A stretch of 64,000 nucleotides of DNA, taken from positions 4,638-68,637 of the forward strand of contig NZ_JBDODG010000007.1 in NCBI RefSeq assembly GCF_039830195.1, read 5' to 3'. The notes below the pieces were generated by a model. It saw only the letters and a program-made list of their open reading frames with translations. It was not told the origin of the DNA and ran no database searches. The translations under genes and the position numbers were made by a program. The DNA is from Acetobacterium sp. Lineage in GTDB: Bacteria; Bacillota; Clostridia; Eubacteriales; Eubacteriaceae. Positions within the stretch are counted from its first letter, which is position 1. Each line of letters starts with the position of its first letter. Of this stretch, positions 39,642 through 48,968 are shown in pieces.

Positions 39642-40133
39642 TTACCCGAGTTTAATTGTCTCAACTGAACGCCCGTGATCCCGCAACAGCTCAATCAGGG
39701 CCTCTGTTTTCAACCATAACGTCATGGTATTTTCATTGGGATGAATCGCAATTGTGCGATTATTATAGCGTTCATCAATAAAAACTTTAACCCTTTTATT
39801 CTTGTCGTTTAAAACTCCAAATGGTGTGACTGAACCTTTTTCCAGTCCGATTATTTCCTGTAAATCCTTTTCAGAAGCAAAGCTGAGCCGCCGCGAGCCA
39901 ATTATTTCCCGCAGTTTTTTTAAATCTATCGGCTTTTCTTCTTGCACCGAAACCAAATAGAAGTGCTGCTTTTTATCATCCCGAACAAATAAATTTTTGG
40001 CAATACAATCGGCGTCAGGCAAATTTAATTTCTTCATTTCATCAATGGTATATACCGCTTCGTGTTCAACCCACTGATAAGAAATTTTAGCATCATCCAG
40101 CAACTCCAGTACTGCTTGCTTATCAACAAACAT
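39642..40133 (-). CDS. YbaK/ProX-family aminoacyl-tRNA editing protein (ProXp-ala-like)
   Basis: AKNLFVRDDKK, LSFAS, GSVTPFG, HPNENT. Confidence 0.88.
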   Translation of the reverse strand: MFVDKQAVLELLDDAKISYQWVEHEAVYTIDEMKKLNLPDADCIAKNLFVRDDKKQHFYLVSVQEEKPIDLKKLREIIGSRRLSFASEKDLQEIIGLEKGSVTPFGVLNDKNKRVKVFIDERYNNRTIAIHPNENTMTLWLKTEALIELLRDHGRSVETIKLG

Positions 40134-40348
40134 GATGGTTCACCTTCCTTTTTTGATCGCAGTTGATCTTTATCGATGAGCTGATTTTACCACAAAACAA
40201 CAGCACGATAAGCTGTTTTTTGATTTATGCCTTGTTTTCAGTTGTGATGTGCGCCAGCCGTGCAAATTACGGCAGCATTCCTCAAGAAATTGTTCCCTTC
40301 ATAATTAAGAACAACAACTCAGCAGATCCAGCTGGTTCCAGAAAATAC

Positions 40349-40377
40349 TTGAAAATAACGGTTGAAAGCATTAGAAT
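40349..40377 (+). promoter_or_regulatory. Candidate promoter of the RNHCP-rsgA operon
   Basis: TTGAAA, 17 bp, TAGAAT; implies a ~230-nt leader. Confidence 0.55.
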
Positions 40378-40502
40378 AAGAATGTGCAATCGACTGAGAT
40401 AAACAGAATTTGATCAGCGCCTCGTTTAGAAGTCGCGCTGTCAAATACTCCGTTTAGCATTCTGTCTTGTTTGCATTGATCGACAGATTGAAAGGAGTTT
40501 TT

Positions 40503-40559
40503 ATGTTAAAACAAAATAAAGCAGAGAGTGTGGCAGACCGGGAGGTTTGCAAAATCTAA
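40503..40559 (+). CDS. Candidate 18-aa leader peptide MLKQNKAESVADREVCKI
   Basis: Strong RBS GAAAGGAG; 3' end overlaps hairpin 40539-40577. Confidence 0.55.
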   Translation: MLKQNKAESVADREVCKI

Positions 40560-40611
40560 TCTCTGCAAAACCTCCCGCATTGTATCCAACATACTTTCAG
40601 GAGGAAAAATA

Positions 40612-41028
40612 ATGAAATATTCAAATAGAGAAAAAAACATTTATCAGCGTCAATCCTGTCAGGAGAGTTTCTTCTGCCAGAATTGCGGCCGTGTCGTTTC
40701 ATTTACCGGCGCCGGAACCAAACACCGTAATCATTGTCCCCATTGTCTGTTCAGTCTTCATGTTGATATTTTACCCGGTGACCGCTCAGCCAATTGCAGT
40801 GGTCTGATGGAACCGATCAGCGTCTGGATTCGCAAGAATCAGGAATGGGCAATTATTCATCGCTGTCGTCGCTGTGGGCAGCTTAGCTCCAACCGAATTG
40901 CCGCCGATGACACCCCTCTTAAACTAATGTCCATCGCCGTAGCCCCTTTGGCCAGTCCACCCTTCCCTCTGGAAGAAATGACGCAGGTCCTAACTAGCGC
41001 CACAGGTGACAGCAATGAGCAGGATTGA
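40612..41028 (+). CDS. RNHCP-domain protein
   Basis: FFCQNCG...HRNHCPHCLFSLHVD..PGDR...CSGLMEP...HRCRRCG. Confidence 0.92.
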   Translation: MKYSNREKNIYQRQSCQESFFCQNCGRVVSFTGAGTKHRNHCPHCLFSLHVDILPGDRSANCSGLMEPISVWIRKNQEWAIIHRCRRCGQLSSNRIAADDTPLKLMSIAVAPLASPPFPLEEMTQVLTSATGDSNEQD

Positions 41029-42073
41029 TTTGGACGGGTACGGTTTAAGCGTATCCTTGCGTTTGGAAGCCGCTCAATATCCGGAACTTTTTGTCGCCCG
41101 CATTCTGTCTCAGTCCAAGGGGATCTACCGGATTATTTCGGAACAGGGCGAATTTTTCGCTGAATTGTCGGGCCGGCTACGCTACGAAAGGATTGAGGCC
41201 GCCAATTTTCTGGCTGTCGGCGATTTTGTGATGCTCGATCGTCCCTCCGGAGACCAGGGTCATGGCATTATTCACCATCTGCTGACCCGCAAAAGCGTCT
41301 TTATTCGCAAAGCTGCCGGATCATCCAGTCAGGCGCAGGTGATCGCCGCTAATATCGATTCCATCTTTATCTGCATGTCCGTCAACAACGATTTTAATCT
41401 GCGTCGGCTGGAGCGCTATTTGAGTCTGGTCTGGGAAAGCGGCGCAACCCCGGTAGTCGTCCTGACCAAAATCGACTTGACTGATGATCTGCTGGCCAAA
41501 TGCCGAGCGGCTGCAGCAATCGCCATCGGCGTTGATATCCTCGGTATTTCAACCCTGCAAAATGAAGGCTTTCAGGATCTCATGGCCTATTTGTCAGCAG
41601 GTCAGACCGTCGCTCTACTCGGCTCATCTGGGGTTGGAAAATCAACCCTGATCAATTGGCTAAGCGGTGACCAACTCTTAGCTACCCAGATGATCCGAAA
41701 TGATGACAGGGGTCGTCATACCACCACAAGACGAGAATTGATCCGGTTAGCCGATGGCGGCATGCTGATCGATACCCCGGGTATGCGTGAAATTGGCATG
41801 CTTGATGTCAAAGCAGGGTTCGACCGCACTTTTAGCGATGTGGAAACCTACCTCAACACCTGCCGGTTTCGCAATTGCACCCACACTAACGAACCGGGTT
41901 GTGGCATTTATGCCGCTTTAAAGGCTGGTCACTTATCTGAGCAGCGCTGGCAGGCCTACCAGAAACTGACCGCAGAAAATGACTATTTCGAGAATAAGGC
42001 AGCCTTCTTAAAAAAGAAGAAGGAAAAATTCTATCAGATCGCCCGCTTAAATCGAAAGAATAAGAAAAAATAA
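41015..42073 (+). CDS. rsgA: RsgA/EngC-family circularly permuted GTPase (long, paralog type)
   Basis: G4 TKID before Walker A GSSGVGKST, GRHTTT, IDTPGMR, Zn finger CRFRNCTHTNEPGC. Confidence 0.92.
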   Translation: MSRIDLDGYGLSVSLRLEAAQYPELFVARILSQSKGIYRIISEQGEFFAELSGRLRYERIEAANFLAVGDFVMLDRPSGDQGHGIIHHLLTRKSVFIRKAAGSSSQAQVIAANIDSIFICMSVNNDFNLRRLERYLSLVWESGATPVVVLTKIDLTDDLLAKCRAAAAIAIGVDILGISTLQNEGFQDLMAYLSAGQTVALLGSSGVGKSTLINWLSGDQLLATQMIRNDDRGRHTTTRRELIRLADGGMLIDTPGMREIGMLDVKAGFDRTFSDVETYLNTCRFRNCTHTNEPGCGIYAALKAGHLSEQRWQAYQKLTAENDYFENKAAFLKKKKEKFYQIARLNRKNKKK

Positions 42074-42080
42074 TATTATT

Positions 42081-42125
42081 AAAAGACCTTGCCTGAATTG
42101 GTTATATTCTGGCAAGGTCTTTTTT
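42081..42125 (+). terminator. Terminator after rsgA
   Basis: AAAAGACCTTGCC...GGCAAGGTCTTTTTT. Confidence 0.85.
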
Positions 42126-42140
42126 ATAAAAATGCTGCGA

Positions 42141-42510
42141 TCAGGCCAAGCTTTCCACTTCCTCCATATCGTGTGAGTAAAAAAGAACCGTCTGATTGTT
42201 ACCAGCCATCTTCCGAATCAACTTCCTGATTTCATGGCTGGCCCGGGGATCAAGACCGGCTGTTGGCTCATCAAGAACGATTAGCGTCGGCTGATGAAGA
42301 GTCGTCACTAGCCAGAGCAAGGCGCTTTTGTTGACCCAGCGATAATCTGATTGCCGGGGTATTCCCGGTATCTCCCAGGTACAGGCTTCCAACCGCGTTT
42401 GCAGCTCGGTTTCACTGAGCCTGATCCGATATAGGGCCCCGAACAAGGCCAGATTCTCCCGGGCTGAATAGCCTTCGAAAAAAGGCGTTGTCTGAAGTTG
42501 GACAGCCCAT
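42141..42510 (-). pseudogene. ABC ATPase fragment with frameshifted signature motif
   Basis: AVQLQTTPFFEGYSARENL...LDEPTAGLDP...SHDMEE; no Walker A; LSLGQQKRLALA lies in another frame. Confidence 0.75.
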
Positions 42511-42557
42511 AAATAGTCACTGTTGCTTACGGATTGCTGAGGCGTCGGTGACCTCGC

Positions 42558-43640
42558 TTAATCCTGACGTAATAGCGCCTGGGTTGCACAACGCAAGGAA
42601 CCGCCCTGGGCATTATGGGCGCCAAAGAAAATCGGATAAACCGTGATCCCCCGTTTTTCCAGTGCTGCTTGGATTTCATGATTGTCTTCGTTTTCATTAT
42701 AGCCCATGATATAAGTATTGGCGTCAATTGGCAATCCATTAATCACAAGGTACTTCAGCTTTTCGATTCCTACTTCGATCAAATCCCAATCTTTTAAAGC
42801 TTCCGGAAGTCCCTCTATGAAGGCGTCGGGACAGACGATTGCCAGCCCCTTCCGTGGTACCGACAGGGCACAATCCAGATGTAAAACCGTATCGCAAAGG
42901 GGCACCCTGACCACCTCGTAGTCACGTCCCAGATAATTTTTCAGCCACAAATAGCCCATTTCGTTGGAGCCAACTGCAGCATTCTCTGAATTACCCACCA
43001 GGATGGTTTTACCCAGGACCATGACGTCACCACCTTCAAGCAACGGTGCATCATTGGCATAGTCACCCAGCAGCGGCAGATGCGGCATTGCGGCCCACTT
43101 AACCGCCGGCACATTGCATTTCTCCGTCAGCAGTGGTCGGAGCCCTTCAATATCGACGCGCCGCAGCGGCGTCCGCAAATTGGCTTCGATGACCTGATTG
43201 CCGATGATAATCAGGTTATCCCGGGGGAAATCCTGTGAATAACCGTTAATCAGAGCCTCGCCGCCAAAGCATATTTTTACATCCTCTTCGCTAAGCCACC
43301 TCGGGCGATAAACCTTGACGTCAAGACTTTCTAATATTTTAACAAATTCATCATTTTCGGCCCTGAGCAGCTCAGCTTCTGTCACGCCACTTTCGGCATC
43401 AACGATGCACGCATCCCAACTTTTTCCGGCATTCTCGATGGCAATTTTCTGTTCCGCTGCCGGCAAGACCTTTAAGGCTTCCTGAAGCCATGCCGCTTGA
43501 AGCGATGGATTAAAACCACTTGCTTCACCGACGATCACTTCTTTTAAACGGCCATATTCACTGCCGATATAAACGGGCCCTTTACTCTTGCCCGTTTCAT
43601 TAATTGATTCATCCTTTGGATTGGAATAATGTTGGCTCAT
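42558..43640 (-). CDS. Amidinotransferase (pentein superfamily)
   Basis: FPRD, EGGD, HLDC, GGSLRCAT (catalytic Asp/His/Cys positions present). Confidence 0.85.
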   Translation of the reverse strand: MSQHYSNPKDESINETGKSKGPVYIGSEYGRLKEVIVGEASGFNPSLQAAWLQEALKVLPAAEQKIAIENAGKSWDACIVDAESGVTEAELLRAENDEFVKILESLDVKVYRPRWLSEEDVKICFGGEALINGYSQDFPRDNLIIIGNQVIEANLRTPLRRVDIEGLRPLLTEKCNVPAVKWAAMPHLPLLGDYANDAPLLEGGDVMVLGKTILVGNSENAAVGSNEMGYLWLKNYLGRDYEVVRVPLCDTVLHLDCALSVPRKGLAIVCPDAFIEGLPEALKDWDLIEVGIEKLKYLVINGLPIDANTYIMGYNENEDNHEIQAALEKRGITVYPIFFGAHNAQGGSLRCATQALLRQD

Positions 43641-43813
43641 TATGGTAACCTCCCGATTGGTTAATTCTAATTAACGTCATTATACAACGGAAAGCCCTGT
43701 CCACTCAATGCTTTTTCTATCGGAAAAGGGCGTTATGCTTCGCTTTCGCCATGGCCGTATTCAGCAATCGGCACCGGCTCAAAGTGAAAGCAACCAAAGG
43801 ACTGACCGATAGA

Positions 43814-43848
43814 GATAAAAAAACAGTCGCAATGACTGTTTTTTTATC
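43814..43848. terminator. Bidirectional-type terminator downstream of the histidine kinase
   Basis: GATAAAAAAACAGTC-N5-GACTGTTTTTTTATC. Confidence 0.8.
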
Positions 43849-43955
43849 ATTAAGAGCTTTTGCTCCATATACCATTTGTCGTATCATAAACGAAGGTGCC
43901 GCCTTCGGAATTCATTGCTCTAAAAAAGTCGCTCAGGATCTGTCTCGATACTCCC

Positions 43956-45308
43956 CTAACTTTTATCAAGACTAAAGGATACCCTGGCCCCTTGTTCATC
44001 ACTTCTGTTTTCAATTTTTAGTGTGCCATCGTGCATTTCAACCACTTTTTTGACAAAGCTCAAGCCTAAACCATAGTGCTGATTTTTACGTGACGCATCC
44101 TCTGTGAAAAATTCCTGGGCGGCTCTTTTTAAGCCTTCCTCCGAAAAGCCCGTCCCACCGTCTTTTATCTCAAAAACAACATGGCTTTCACGGTCTAATA
44201 TCATGATATCAATTGCGCTGCCCGGCGGCGAGTGCCTGACGGCATTATCGATAAGATTGATGATTGCCCGTTTGATCAGCTCCCTGTCGATAGACAAATA
44301 ATCGCATTTTGCCTCATTTTGGATATTGATCTCAATCTGCTTTCTTTTGCAGAGGGGCAAAATTTCGGTGGTCAGATCATCGATAAAATCCTTTAACTGA
44401 ACCACTTCTCTGTTAAACAGCTGCGGCTCATGGATCACAACGCCCATCAATAATTCCAGATATTTTTCAATGCTATTGGATCCACTCAGAATATAAGTCA
44501 GTAATTCTTTATTTGCCTCAGTCGGCCCTTCTTCGAGCAGTAATTCGGTATTGCCTTTAATGATGGTCAAAGGCGTTTTAATATCGTGAGCCAGGGCAGA
44601 AAGTTGTAGCTTTCTTTGCTCTTCCTCATGCCATTGTGAATGAAGGGAATCCGCTAAAGCAGCTTTTAATTTATCAATGGTATCGAGTGATGCATTAAAC
44701 TCAGTGATTTCTGTGGGCCTGATGTCAAAATCCAAATCCTGAGCCTTTATTTTTTCCGTTGCCAGATTAATGGGAACTAAGTTTTTCGCTAACTTCCTGC
44801 TGAATTTTAATGCTGTCATAATCGCCAGCAATATAATGACGATTAGAAGCAGCACTATAAAGAACAGTTCTGGATTGGGTATGACTTCGTGCAAAAGGGG
44901 ATTGCTGAAATGTGCCAGCATATCGTATTTAATTAACACGATATTGCCATTGTCCTGGGCTATTTCTTTGTAAAAATCATAATATGCCTTTTGGCCGGTT
45001 GATAATGCTGCTTTCGTTTTTGCCAGTTCCTGATCACTCATATCGCTTTCAATGACACTTCCACTGCTATCGATGATTATATATTGACAATGAACCGGTA
45101 ACACCTCTTTATCAAAACGCGTTCTGATCGTTTCCTCTAATTGATTCAATTTCAGCTCCGTTGCGTTCGCCTGTAAAAGAAAGCCCGATTGAAAAGCAAT
45201 GGAACCTGCTATAATTGCTGCAATTATTATCATCAGAACAGCCGCCGAAAATCCAACAAGATGCTCTAAAAACAGCCCAAATACTGAAATTGTTCTCTTT
45301 ATTTCCAT
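43956..45308 (-). CDS. Sensor histidine kinase (NisK/SpaK-like)
   Basis: Two TMs, HAMP, LAHDIKTPL, NLIDNAVRH, DGGTGF, YGLGL. Confidence 0.92.
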   Translation of the reverse strand: MEIKRTISVFGLFLEHLVGFSAAVLMIIIAAIIAGSIAFQSGFLLQANATELKLNQLEETIRTRFDKEVLPVHCQYIIIDSSGSVIESDMSDQELAKTKAALSTGQKAYYDFYKEIAQDNGNIVLIKYDMLAHFSNPLLHEVIPNPELFFIVLLLIVIILLAIMTALKFSRKLAKNLVPINLATEKIKAQDLDFDIRPTEITEFNASLDTIDKLKAALADSLHSQWHEEEQRKLQLSALAHDIKTPLTIIKGNTELLLEEGPTEANKELLTYILSGSNSIEKYLELLMGVVIHEPQLFNREVVQLKDFIDDLTTEILPLCKRKQIEINIQNEAKCDYLSIDRELIKRAIINLIDNAVRHSPPGSAIDIMILDRESHVVFEIKDGGTGFSEEGLKRAAQEFFTEDASRKNQHYGLGLSFVKKVVEMHDGTLKIENRSDEQGARVSFSLDKS

Positions 45309-45958
45309 TTGTATCCCACTCCCCAAACGGTGACAATCGGACAGTCAATGAGGGCACCAATTTTACTGCGGATATTTTTTATATGAACCCGAATCGATGA
45401 CACATCACTTTCTGAATGATAGCCAAAGACTTTTTCTAAAATGCTTTCCAGCGAAAAGACCTGTCCTTTGTTTCGGGCCAGCAGTTCACAGATTTCGTAC
45501 TCACTTTTTGTCAGACCTGTTAACTCTCCCTTAATGGCCAGGGTCCTTTCTGACAGATCGAAAACACACTGGTCTATAATCAGGCGCTGGTGCTTGTCCC
45601 GGCTTTCTCTGCGAAGATGGGCCGTCACCCGGGCTCTCAGTTCGGCAATCCCAAAGGGCTTTTTGATATAATCGTCGCCACCTGCCAGAAAGCCCTCAAC
45701 CACATCGCCTTCCATCGTTTTGGCGGTTAAAAATAAAATGGGACAATCGATAACCTGCCGGTTTTCTTTGCAAAAGCGGATGCCGTCAAGTTGCGGCATC
45801 ATGATATCAAGCAGGATCAGGTCGATCTTTTTAAGCGCTTGTATTTCAAGCTCGGCTGCCGAATTTTTTATTTGAACACGGTGTCCATCGCGCGTCAGAG
45901 CGGTTTCAATCATCCTGCAAATTGCTTTGTCGTCGTCGATGACAAGGATCTGAGCCAT
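45299..45958 (-). CDS. OmpR-family response regulator (NisR/SpaR-like)
   Basis: VIDDD, LLDIMMP, DDYIKKPF, VHIKNIRSK, TVWGVGY. Confidence 0.93.
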   Translation of the reverse strand: MAQILVIDDDKAICRMIETALTRDGHRVQIKNSAAELEIQALKKIDLILLDIMMPQLDGIRFCKENRQVIDCPILFLTAKTMEGDVVEGFLAGGDDYIKKPFGIAELRARVTAHLRRESRDKHQRLIIDQCVFDLSERTLAIKGELTGLTKSEYEICELLARNKGQVFSLESILEKVFGYHSESDVSSIRVHIKNIRSKIGALIDCPIVTVWGVGYKWK

Positions 45959-45969
45959 TGTTTTCTCCT

Positions 45970-46722
45970 CTAATCGTCAGATTTTCTGCCCTCCCATTTA
46001 TTAAATGATAAGACCAATATTGTTGTAAAAAGAAAAGTATAAATGAAAATAAAACTGCCGCCGTTTATGGCATCCCTGGCTTGTAAAAAAGCCCCATTGG
46101 ATAACTTGGCGGTTAGCAGCATTTCGGCAAACCGTGACGAAATTCCCCAGGGAAGATAGGGCCATATGACGTCACCAAGACCGGTTAAGAGTAAAGCCCC
46201 AAGCAAGGTGCCGACTATGCCAAGGCCGATGCTGAAGCCTTTACCAAAGCGAAAGCTTACCAGATAGTGTAATAAATACAGCGGCATCACACTTAGCCAT
46301 AAAAGAACTGCTGTTTCGCCGTAAAACAAGATATTCTGCCGGATATAACCCATTTTTATAAAGACTGTGCCAAAGCCCACTAAAGCCAAGAAAGCAGAAA
46401 ACAAGCCCAATAAAATCAGTATCAAAAGCTTACTTATATGTGGCAGCGACTTTGCGGTGGCACAAGATAAAATCGTTTGAAAACCGCCGGCGCCTTGCTC
46501 CAGCTCCGAAAAAAGCGCTGTAATAATGCCAATCAATACTGGAAAAACAACCGCTAATGCCTGCAGATAGGCTGACAGTTTAGCTGTTTCATCCCATGGT
46601 GAAATAGAATAGTAGCCGATAAATAAGCCAATCCCTATCAACGGAATGATTACATGAATCAGCCAGATAGGGGTATGTAAAATCTTATAACAATCTGATT
46701 TTAGATTTGTATAGACGTTCAC
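45970..46722 (-). CDS. Lantibiotic immunity ABC permease, LanG/MutG type
   Basis: Six TMs, ELEQGAGGFQTIL, YLPWGISSR; follows lanF-lanE. Confidence 0.85.
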   Translation of the reverse strand: MNVYTNLKSDCYKILHTPIWLIHVIIPLIGIGLFIGYYSISPWDETAKLSAYLQALAVVFPVLIGIITALFSELEQGAGGFQTILSCATAKSLPHISKLLILILLGLFSAFLALVGFGTVFIKMGYIRQNILFYGETAVLLWLSVMPLYLLHYLVSFRFGKGFSIGLGIVGTLLGALLLTGLGDVIWPYLPWGISSRFAEMLLTAKLSNGAFLQARDAINGGSFIFIYTFLFTTILVLSFNKWEGRKSDD

Positions 46723-47448
46723 TTATTTGACCTCCCGTCTATTAAACCATATTGTCGTAATAAATGAAATGATAAAATATAAGGCGATGGTGATGAGCAT
46801 GCCCGGCAAAACAACCCGCCCGTCCCCCAGGGGGTGGCCGGCCTCAAGGGGTAAGCCATTGGGCATGACGTTTATGATCGGACACATCAGTCTAGCAGGA
46901 ATGGCAAAAGGAACCATCCAAAGTTTTGTTGGCGAAAAAAAGATCCCAAAGCCTATGTTGCCAATTAAACTAAGCATAATCGTAAAAAAAGTGCCCATCT
47001 TCTCGCTGATAAATAAAAAAAAGGGGATTTGCCAGGCCAGGCTTACAAATAACACCAGATTCCCGATCAGCGCCTTGCTAAAGGGAACCGTAATGCCCAA
47101 AAGTGCGCCCAATAGGATCAGATCAATACAAAAAATCAGATTAAGCAGCAGCAGCTGAAGGGTATTCATAAAAAGCTGCGCCAACCATAAATCTTTTTTA
47201 TTGATATAAACAGCAAAAAGGCCGTGCCGGTTATGTCTTTTTTCGGCTGCGACAGTAAAGGCGACCATCATCGCCAGGGTGCCCGGCAGCAGCAGTGTAT
47301 ACCACCAGTTGAAAGCGGCTTCAAAAAAATAACGCCCCCCCATCAGAATAAGCGCCAGGACAAGGGGAACAAGCGGACTGATCCAGACGAGTTTTAACGA
47401 AAACCGGTGTTTTTGTTTTAACCATTCGGATTTCAGACAATTAATCAT
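46723..47448 (-). CDS. Lantibiotic immunity ABC permease, LanE/MutE type
   Basis: KSEWLKQK, NWWYTLLLPG, WQIPF, PINVMPNG-like motif. Confidence 0.88.
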   Translation of the reverse strand: MINCLKSEWLKQKHRFSLKLVWISPLVPLVLALILMGGRYFFEAAFNWWYTLLLPGTLAMMVAFTVAAEKRHNRHGLFAVYINKKDLWLAQLFMNTLQLLLLNLIFCIDLILLGALLGITVPFSKALIGNLVLFVSLAWQIPFFLFISEKMGTFFTIMLSLIGNIGFGIFFSPTKLWMVPFAIPARLMCPIINVMPNGLPLEAGHPLGDGRVVLPGMLITIALYFIISFITTIWFNRREVK

Positions 47449-48145
47449 TGGCAGTCACCGACTTTCTGACCACATCCATAAACAGATCCTCCAGGTTTTC
47501 ATGGGCATGAACCGCCTCTTGATACCAGAGTTTGCCATTGGCAATGATGCCAATATCATCAGCGATTTGTTCCACCTCCGATAAGAGATGGCTTGACAGG
47601 ATCACCGTTATGCCTTTTGGGGGAAATGATAAAATCAGTTTTCTTAAATCCTGTACCCCAATCGGATCAAGGCCATTGGTGGGCTCATCTAAAATTAAAA
47701 GCGTCGGATTATTTAAGAGCGCCAGCGCAATTCCCAGCCGTTGTTTCATCCCCATTGAAAATTGTCCGGCTTTTTTCTTGCCGGTATTTGTCAGTCCGAC
47801 AAGTTTAAGCACCTCGTCAATCCTGCTGTTTGGCAAATTGTATAAGAGGGCCCTGGCCTTCAGGTTTTCAAAAGCGGTTAAATTCTCATAAACCGGTGGT
47901 TCTTCAATCAAGGCACCGATCTTCAGCAGATCTTTTCGTTCCCACTTCCTGCCGTCAAAAAAAATCTCCCCTGATGATGGCTGTATCATGCCGGTTATTA
48001 TTTTGAGTAAGGTCGATTTCCCCGCGCCATTCGGACCGAGCAGACCGTAAATACTGTTTTTTCTGACCGTGATTGAAATCCTGTCGTTCGCTTTCTGATG
48101 CCGGTAGTTTTTGCACAAATCCTTTGTAATCAATAGTTTTTCCAT
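47441..48145 (-). CDS. Lantibiotic immunity ABC ATPase, LanF type
   Basis: GPNGAGKST, IEEP (LanF E-loop), FSMGMKQRLGIA, LDEPTNGLD. Confidence 0.92.
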   Translation of the reverse strand: MEKLLITKDLCKNYRHQKANDRISITVRKNSIYGLLGPNGAGKSTLLKIITGMIQPSSGEIFFDGRKWERKDLLKIGALIEEPPVYENLTAFENLKARALLYNLPNSRIDEVLKLVGLTNTGKKKAGQFSMGMKQRLGIALALLNNPTLLILDEPTNGLDPIGVQDLRKLILSFPPKGITVILSSHLLSEVEQIADDIGIIANGKLWYQEAVHAHENLEDLFMDVVRKSVTAND

Positions 48146-48188
48146 AAATAGCCTCTTTTCCTTTGATATAACTAGGCTAAGCGACAGT

Positions 48189-48207
48189 TATAAAGAAAGT
48201 ATAAAGA
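48189..48207 (-). promoter_or_regulatory. Tandem direct repeat, candidate response-regulator box
   Basis: TATAAAGA repeated at 11-bp period (48189-48196, 48200-48207) upstream of lanF. Confidence 0.6.
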
Positions 48208-48361
48208 CTGAACTATTATTGACAATTCCAATCTTATGACCATCCCATGTACGAAGATGGACAGCAGTTAGTTGACATGTTTATTTGAAAAGAGAGCTAT
48301 AAAACTGAGGTTGCGCCCATCAACAAAACCTAAATAACACATATTTTTGATACTGCTATGC

Positions 48362-48775
48362 TCACTTGTCAAGTTGATCAGCGGTAACTTCATCCAGCTC
48401 ACCAGCAAAAAATTTATCCAGAACCGCTTTAAAGATCAGATTACCATCAACCAGATAAAACAGAGTCATTGACGATTTGAGCTTCACATCATCGGGCCGG
48501 CCAAATACCTCCCTGGCATCACAAGACTCAAGCTTTAACAATTCTCCGGAAATCTCCAGCAAACGCGAACCCAGCAGTGGATGGGCCAGATAGGCCTCAG
48601 CTTCGGTCCGATTGACGATGCCGTAATACCGTGCGGTTTCACTCCGGCCCAATCCTTTAAGCTGGGGAAAAACATACCACATCCAATGGCTACGCTTGTG
48701 GCCATTTTTTATTTCCTCTAGTGCCTGCCCATAGCTTTCTTCCTGGGCTTTGATAAAGCGTTCAACAGTGTCCAT
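48362..48775 (-). CDS. DUF1810-family protein (intact)
   Basis: KRSHWMWYVFPQLKGLG, YLAHPLLG, FGRPDDVKLKSSMTLF. Confidence 0.92.
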   Translation of the reverse strand: MDTVERFIKAQEESYGQALEEIKNGHKRSHWMWYVFPQLKGLGRSETARYYGIVNRTEAEAYLAHPLLGSRLLEISGELLKLESCDAREVFGRPDDVKLKSSMTLFYLVDGNLIFKAVLDKFFAGELDEVTADQLDK

Positions 48776-48968
48776 CAGTCTTCCACTCCTTCTTTTAATT
48801 TGCCAACTTTTAAGCTGATTTTATCATAACATATCCTAACGTATTTACCATTGGCTTCTCAAATAAAAGTGACCTGATCCTTGCGTATTGCGATGCAAAG
48901 ATCAGGCCCTTTTTCTTGCTAACCGAGGAATTCTTTAATTTAATATCATATTGCGGCTCCCGCCGCCC

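Noticed and set aside
40163-40402. 79-aa plus-strand ORF or a decayed minus-strand gene
   Set aside because: No RBS and no recognisable family; overlaps predicted promoters.
43700-43810. Possible C-terminal remnant FGCFHFEPVPIAEYGHGESEA*
   Set aside because: Too short to assign.
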